Shown: piece after piece, positions 60,717 through 64,000 of the stretch
How the letters are laid out: every line of letters begins with the position of its first letter
Position numbering within the stretch: position 1 is the stretch's first letter
Origin: an uncultured Pseudomonadota bacterium
GTDB lineage: Bacteria; Desulfobacterota; Binatia; Binatales; Binataceae
Direction: 5' to 3'
Assembly (NCBI GenBank): GCA_963804355.1
Contig: CAWDQC010000010.1
Coordinates: 1 to 64,000, forward strand
Length of the DNA stretch: 64,000 nucleotides
Notes under the pieces: model-generated
Seen by the model: the letters and a program-made list of their open reading frames with translations, nothing else
What the model was told of the DNA's origin: nothing
The model's database searches: none
Made by a program: the position numbers and the translations under genes

Positions 60717-61094
60717 TTAAACGGATTTCCGAAATGTCAGTGGGAAATCGTCAAACCGATGCGGCAGGCGGCGCACGCGTCCGGCATGAGGAGAGGAACA
60801 GGGATTTCGCGGGCTCGCGACCGCGAGTCCACCAGCCGAAGCTCGGCATAGGGACGTGCGATCGAGGCGTGCCGCAGGATTGAGCGGCGCGTGAAAGGCC
60901 AAGTTGCACAGCGCGCACAGGCCGTCGTCAGCGACGACCTGGGTCTGCGTATTGAACTGCCGGGTGGGGTTGCCCTGATGAAAATGGGCGAGCGCAAGCA
61001 ATTGGGCCGCGAGAATCAGGACCGCCCCGACAAGCGCAATCGACTTTGCGCCGCCGCGAATCCACGTCCCAATTCCTCTTCGCCCGCAAATCAC
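60717..61094 (-). CDS. Hypothetical small exported/membrane protein with Cys pairs (DUF2946-like context upstream of the TonB receptor)
   Basis: ORF …SIALVGAVLILAAQLLALAHFHQGNPTRQFNTQTQVVADDGLCALCNLAFHAPLNP…. The family assignment is a guess based on context. Confidence 0.25.
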   Translation of the reverse strand: MICGRRGIGTWIRGGAKSIALVGAVLILAAQLLALAHFHQGNPTRQFNTQTQVVADDGLCALCNLAFHAPLNPAARLDRTSLCRASAGGLAVASPRNPCSSPHAGRVRRLPHRFDDFPLTFRKSV

Positions 61095-61142
61095 CGTTAA
61101 ATCAATATCATCGCGGCGGTGCTCAGACGATACCCTCCTGCT

Positions 61143-62327
61143 TCAGCCGCTCGAGATCGGCAGCCGAGAGCCCAGCATTTCGCCGTAAATCTCGCCGTTA
61201 TGCTGTCCGAGCAGCGGCGCGCTCGTGACCTCCGCCGGCGAATCTTCGAGCTTGACCGGACATCCCGGCATGGTGAACTTGCCGCGTACCGGATGGTCTA
61301 CCGTGACCACCATCCCGCGCTCCCTCATATGCGGGTCGTTGAGCAACTCGAGGCTGTCGAGGACCGCGCCGCAAGGCACGCCCGCCTCGCCCATCAGCCT
61401 CATGACTTCGTGCTTGGTCGCGCTTACTGGTCCAGTCCTCGATAATCTGCGTCAGTTCCTCGATGTATTTCGCGCGCTCGTGGCGTTCCTTGAAGCGCGG
61501 GTCATCGGGCATCTCGGGCCGCCCAATCGTCTTGCAAAACGCGTGCCACATCTCCGGCGTCGAGCAAAACAGATAGACGTAATCGTTGGGTCCGCCCGGC
61601 GCGCATTTGAAGATATCGCCGACCGCGCCCCACGCCGAGCCGGTTGCCCGACGCGCTGGGCCGGCTCATGCGTGATGTACATGCTCATCATCGGCACGCG
61701 GCAAAAATTGAACACCGCCTCCTGCATCGCGACTTCCACCTTCTGACCTTTGCCGGTGCGCTCGCGCTGAATATAGGCGGCGAGCACGCCGCACGCCGCA
61801 TGGATTCCCGTGCCGGTATCGCCGATCGTCGGTCCCGGCTTGAGCGGCGGCGATCCGGGAAAGCCGGTCAATCGCCATCGCGCCGCCGGCCGCCTGCGCG
61901 ATCATGTCGAAGCTCTTGTACTTGCTATACGGTCCGTAAGTGCCGAAGCCCTTGATCGTCAGGTAGATCAGCCGCGGATTGATTTCGCGCAGACCGATCG
62001 TAGCCGAGTCCCCAGCTCTCCAGCGTGCCGAGCGAGTAATTCTCGGCCAGGATATCGACCTGCTTGATCAGTCTCGATGAAGATCTGCTTGCCGCGTTCA
62101 GACTTCAGGTTGAGGGTGATGCTGCGCTTGTTGGCGTTGAGCAGCATGAAAGTAATGCGAATCGACGCCGGGCTTCTCCGTCACTAGCCAGCGCCCTGCT
62201 CGCCCATTTTCGGCGGTTCGACCTTGATCACGTCCGCGCCCAGCCACGCCAGCATCTCAGTGCACGAAGTGCCGGCCTCGAATTGGGTCAGGTCGAGAAC
62301 CTTTACGCCAGCCAACGCTTTTTCCAT
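61143..62327 (-). CDS. CaiB/BaiF family-III CoA-transferase (formyl-CoA-transferase-like); three or more frameshifts
   Basis: The N-terminus [39 protein letters not shown] (from the reverse complement of 62210-62327) is the family-III signature. Middle and C-terminal blocks are in ORFs 61452-61871, 61198-61551 and 61143-61403 (…[44 protein letters not shown]…). Confidence 0.7.
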
Positions 62328-62508
62328 CGGAATCCTCCCGACGATGAGAGCTGGAACTGTCGTTCATTAACTAGCGCCGATACCTCCGCGCGGCAAGCCG
62401 AGGTCTCGGGCTTCGTGCCGGCGCGCTAATCGATGGGATAGGCAACGGTTTAAGTCATCGTCTGGTGTTTGGTAGATTGCTTGCAGGAACGATCGCGTTA
62501 CGTCCACC

Positions 62509-63633
62509 ATGCCAGACTCATTTGCCAAACTCGCCGCGATTCGCGAGGAACTGAATCATCTGTTTCTCGAACGCGCCGATCTCGATCGACGGCGCGCTGT
62601 GTGCGCTGCTCTCTGCGAGCCATATTCTCATGATCGGTACCGCCGGGCACCGCCAAGTCGATGCTCGCCGATGAACTCTGCCGACGCATCGAGGGTGCCG
62701 ACTACTTCCAATGGCTGCTGACCAAGTTCAGCACACCGGGAAGATTTCGGCGCCGTTAGCCTCAAAGGCCTCGAGCAGGACGACTATCGCCGCGTGACCG
62801 ATCACAAGCTGCCGAAGCGCACATCGCCTTTCTCGACGAAATCTTCAAGGCCAACTCCTCGATTCTCAATGCGCTGCTGACCGTGATCAACGAGCGCGTT
62901 TTTCAACGGCCGCGAACGCGTGAACGTTCCGCTGATCACGATGTTCGGCGCTTCCAACGAATTGCCCGATGAAGAGGAGCTGACGGCATTGTTCGACCGC
63001 TTCATGCTACGGTTCATGGTCGATTACATCGGCGAGGAGTTTCGCTTCCTGAAGATGCTCGAGGGGGTCGAAGCCGGCGTGCGCAACTGTGATGACCTTT
63101 AACGAACTTGGCGAGCTCCGCGCGAGTGCGGGCGGCGTGAAGCTCCCGGGGAGTATCCTGCAATCGATAGCCGAATTACGCCGCGTGCTGGTGACTCAGC
63201 AGATCAATCGTCTCCGATCGCCGCTGGCGTAATTCGCTGGGCGATCCTGCGCGCCCATGCTTTGATCCACGGCCGCAGCACCGTCGCCGAGGACGATCTG
63301 ACCTTTCTTGAACACGTGCTGTGGAAGGATCCCGAGGAACTGCCCAAGGTCCGCGACGCGATTCGCCGCCTGGTCAAGGGCTTCGAGGACGAGGCGCGCG
63401 AACTACTGATACAGGGCCAGGAGCTGCGCGAATACGTCGATCGCGGATGGGAGAGCGACGAGCTGCGCAAGCGCGCCACGATCGAAGCGCATACCAAGCT
63501 CGCAAAATCCTGGTCAAGTTCGAAGACTGTATGCGAGGCGGCGCCGGAGAATGGGCGCGATACCGACGGCCTCGAGGCGATGCGGGTGAAGGTGAAGGAA
63601 ATTCAACAAGCGATGCTCCGCAGCGCGGCGTGA
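62509..63633 (+). CDS. RavA-like MoxR-class AAA+ ATPase (short form without LARA domain); three or more frameshifts
   Basis: Aligns with E. coli RavA: Walker [14 protein letters not shown] (GPPGIAKS type), [60 protein letters not shown], and lid …VSDRRWRNS…[20 protein letters not shown]. Ends …[11 protein letters not shown]. Confidence 0.7.
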
Positions 63634-63696
63634 CCGTGGCGGCGCGTCTGCGCAATCGCCGGGGTGCGCCTTATGGCGCGCCGCGAATACGCGGCG

Positions 63697-64000
63697 ATAG
63701 CTTCTGCCGGAGAATGGCGATACTCAATGCCGGCTGAAGAATCCACCGCCAGCAATCGTGCTCCGCGCGCGCGATTATTCGGAGTCCGATCGTATCGTGA
63801 CCCTGCTCACGCGCGAATTCGGCAAGCTGAGCGGCATCGCAAAGGGCGCGAAGGCGTCGCGCCGCCGCTTCGAACGCAAGCTCGAACCATTCTCCCACGT
63901 GACAATTTATTTTCCGGCGCCGCCCGCACGGCCAACTCGTGTTTATTACGCGCGCCGAGCCGGTGAGGCGAGACCGCCGATGCTCGAGGATGACCTCGCC
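63697..64000 (+). CDS. recO: DNA repair protein RecO, 5' part (runs off the window end); start region frameshifted
   Basis: The frame reads …AIVLRARDYSESDRIVTLLTREFGKLSGIAKGAKASRRRFERKLEPFSHV… (RecO N-terminal OB-fold signature). There is no in-frame ATG; the ATG at 63728 is in another frame. Confidence 0.6.

Noticed and set aside
1-64000. Biological pseudogenisation of about half the genes
   Set aside because: The frameshifts hit essential genes (clpX, lon, tig, clpP), and the sites I inspected are homopolymer length errors. Sequencing or assembly error is more parsimonious than genome decay.
1-64000. CRISPR arrays, rRNA genes, intact IS elements, transposases or integrases
   Set aside because: I saw no regularly spaced direct repeats, no rRNA-like sequence and no DDE or tyrosine-recombinase ORFs on either strand. 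Only one tRNA (Val) was found.

Overview
This 64-kb window is high-GC (~65%) chromosomal DNA, probably from an Acidobacteriota-like Gram-negative bacterium (inferred from gene content and the architecture of the TonB-dependent receptor). Gene density is high and I count about 55 protein-coding genes plus one tRNA-Val. Going left to right, these are the recognisable blocks. (1) A PaoABC-like periplasmic molybdenum aldehyde oxidoreductase (TAT-signal 2Fe-2S subunit, Moco subunit, FAD subunit), convergent with a heme aldoxime dehydratase (Oxd) and a cyclase-family hydrolase that carries a lysine-, alanine- and proline-rich (K/A/P-rich) N-terminus. (2) Methyltransferases, an SPFH/band-7 protein, an acyl-CoA-dehydrogenase-like flavoenzyme, a short-chain dehydrogenase/reductase (SDR) and a large zinc-ribbon/adenylate-cyclase/AAA-STAND/TPR signalling protein. 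(3) A SnoaL-like protein, an amidohydrolase, a GNAT acetyltransferase, two unknown proteins and an SOS-response-associated peptidase (SRAP/YedK-like), followed by the conserved housekeeping run tRNA-Val, hupB, lon, clpX, clpP, tig, all on the minus strand. (4) An H+-pyrophosphatase, an alpha/beta hydrolase and a KirBac inward-rectifier K+ channel. (5) A catabolic-looking block of 3-hydroxyisobutyrate-dehydrogenase-like, luciferase-like, enoyl-CoA hydratase, PPOX-like and nitronate monooxygenase genes. (6) Mrp/ApbC, a ferredoxin, an Omp85 barrel, a thiamine-pyrophosphate (TPP) enzyme and a MORN lipoprotein. (7) An XRE regulator with a repeat-rich operator region, followed by an operon of TldD, an ODP-like diiron/MBL-fold protein and TldE/PmbA. 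(8) A low-GC islet carrying an FRG-domain protein. (9) tonB-exbD-exbB with a TonB-dependent receptor, a family-III CoA transferase, a short RavA-like AAA+ ATPase and the 5' end of recO. About half of all genes, including essential ones (clpX, lon, tig, clpP), are broken by single-base frameshifts. At the three sites I checked base by base, the break was a one-base length change in a homopolymer, so I read these as sequencing or consensus errors rather than real pseudogenes. No CRISPR array, no rRNA and no intact transposase were seen. The most interesting candidates for something new are the TldD/ODP-like/TldE operon with flanking small cysteine-rich ORFs and a palindromic operator region, the FRG-domain islet, and the Oxd/PaoABC/cyclase neighbourhood, which lacks a nitrilase or nitrile hydratase.
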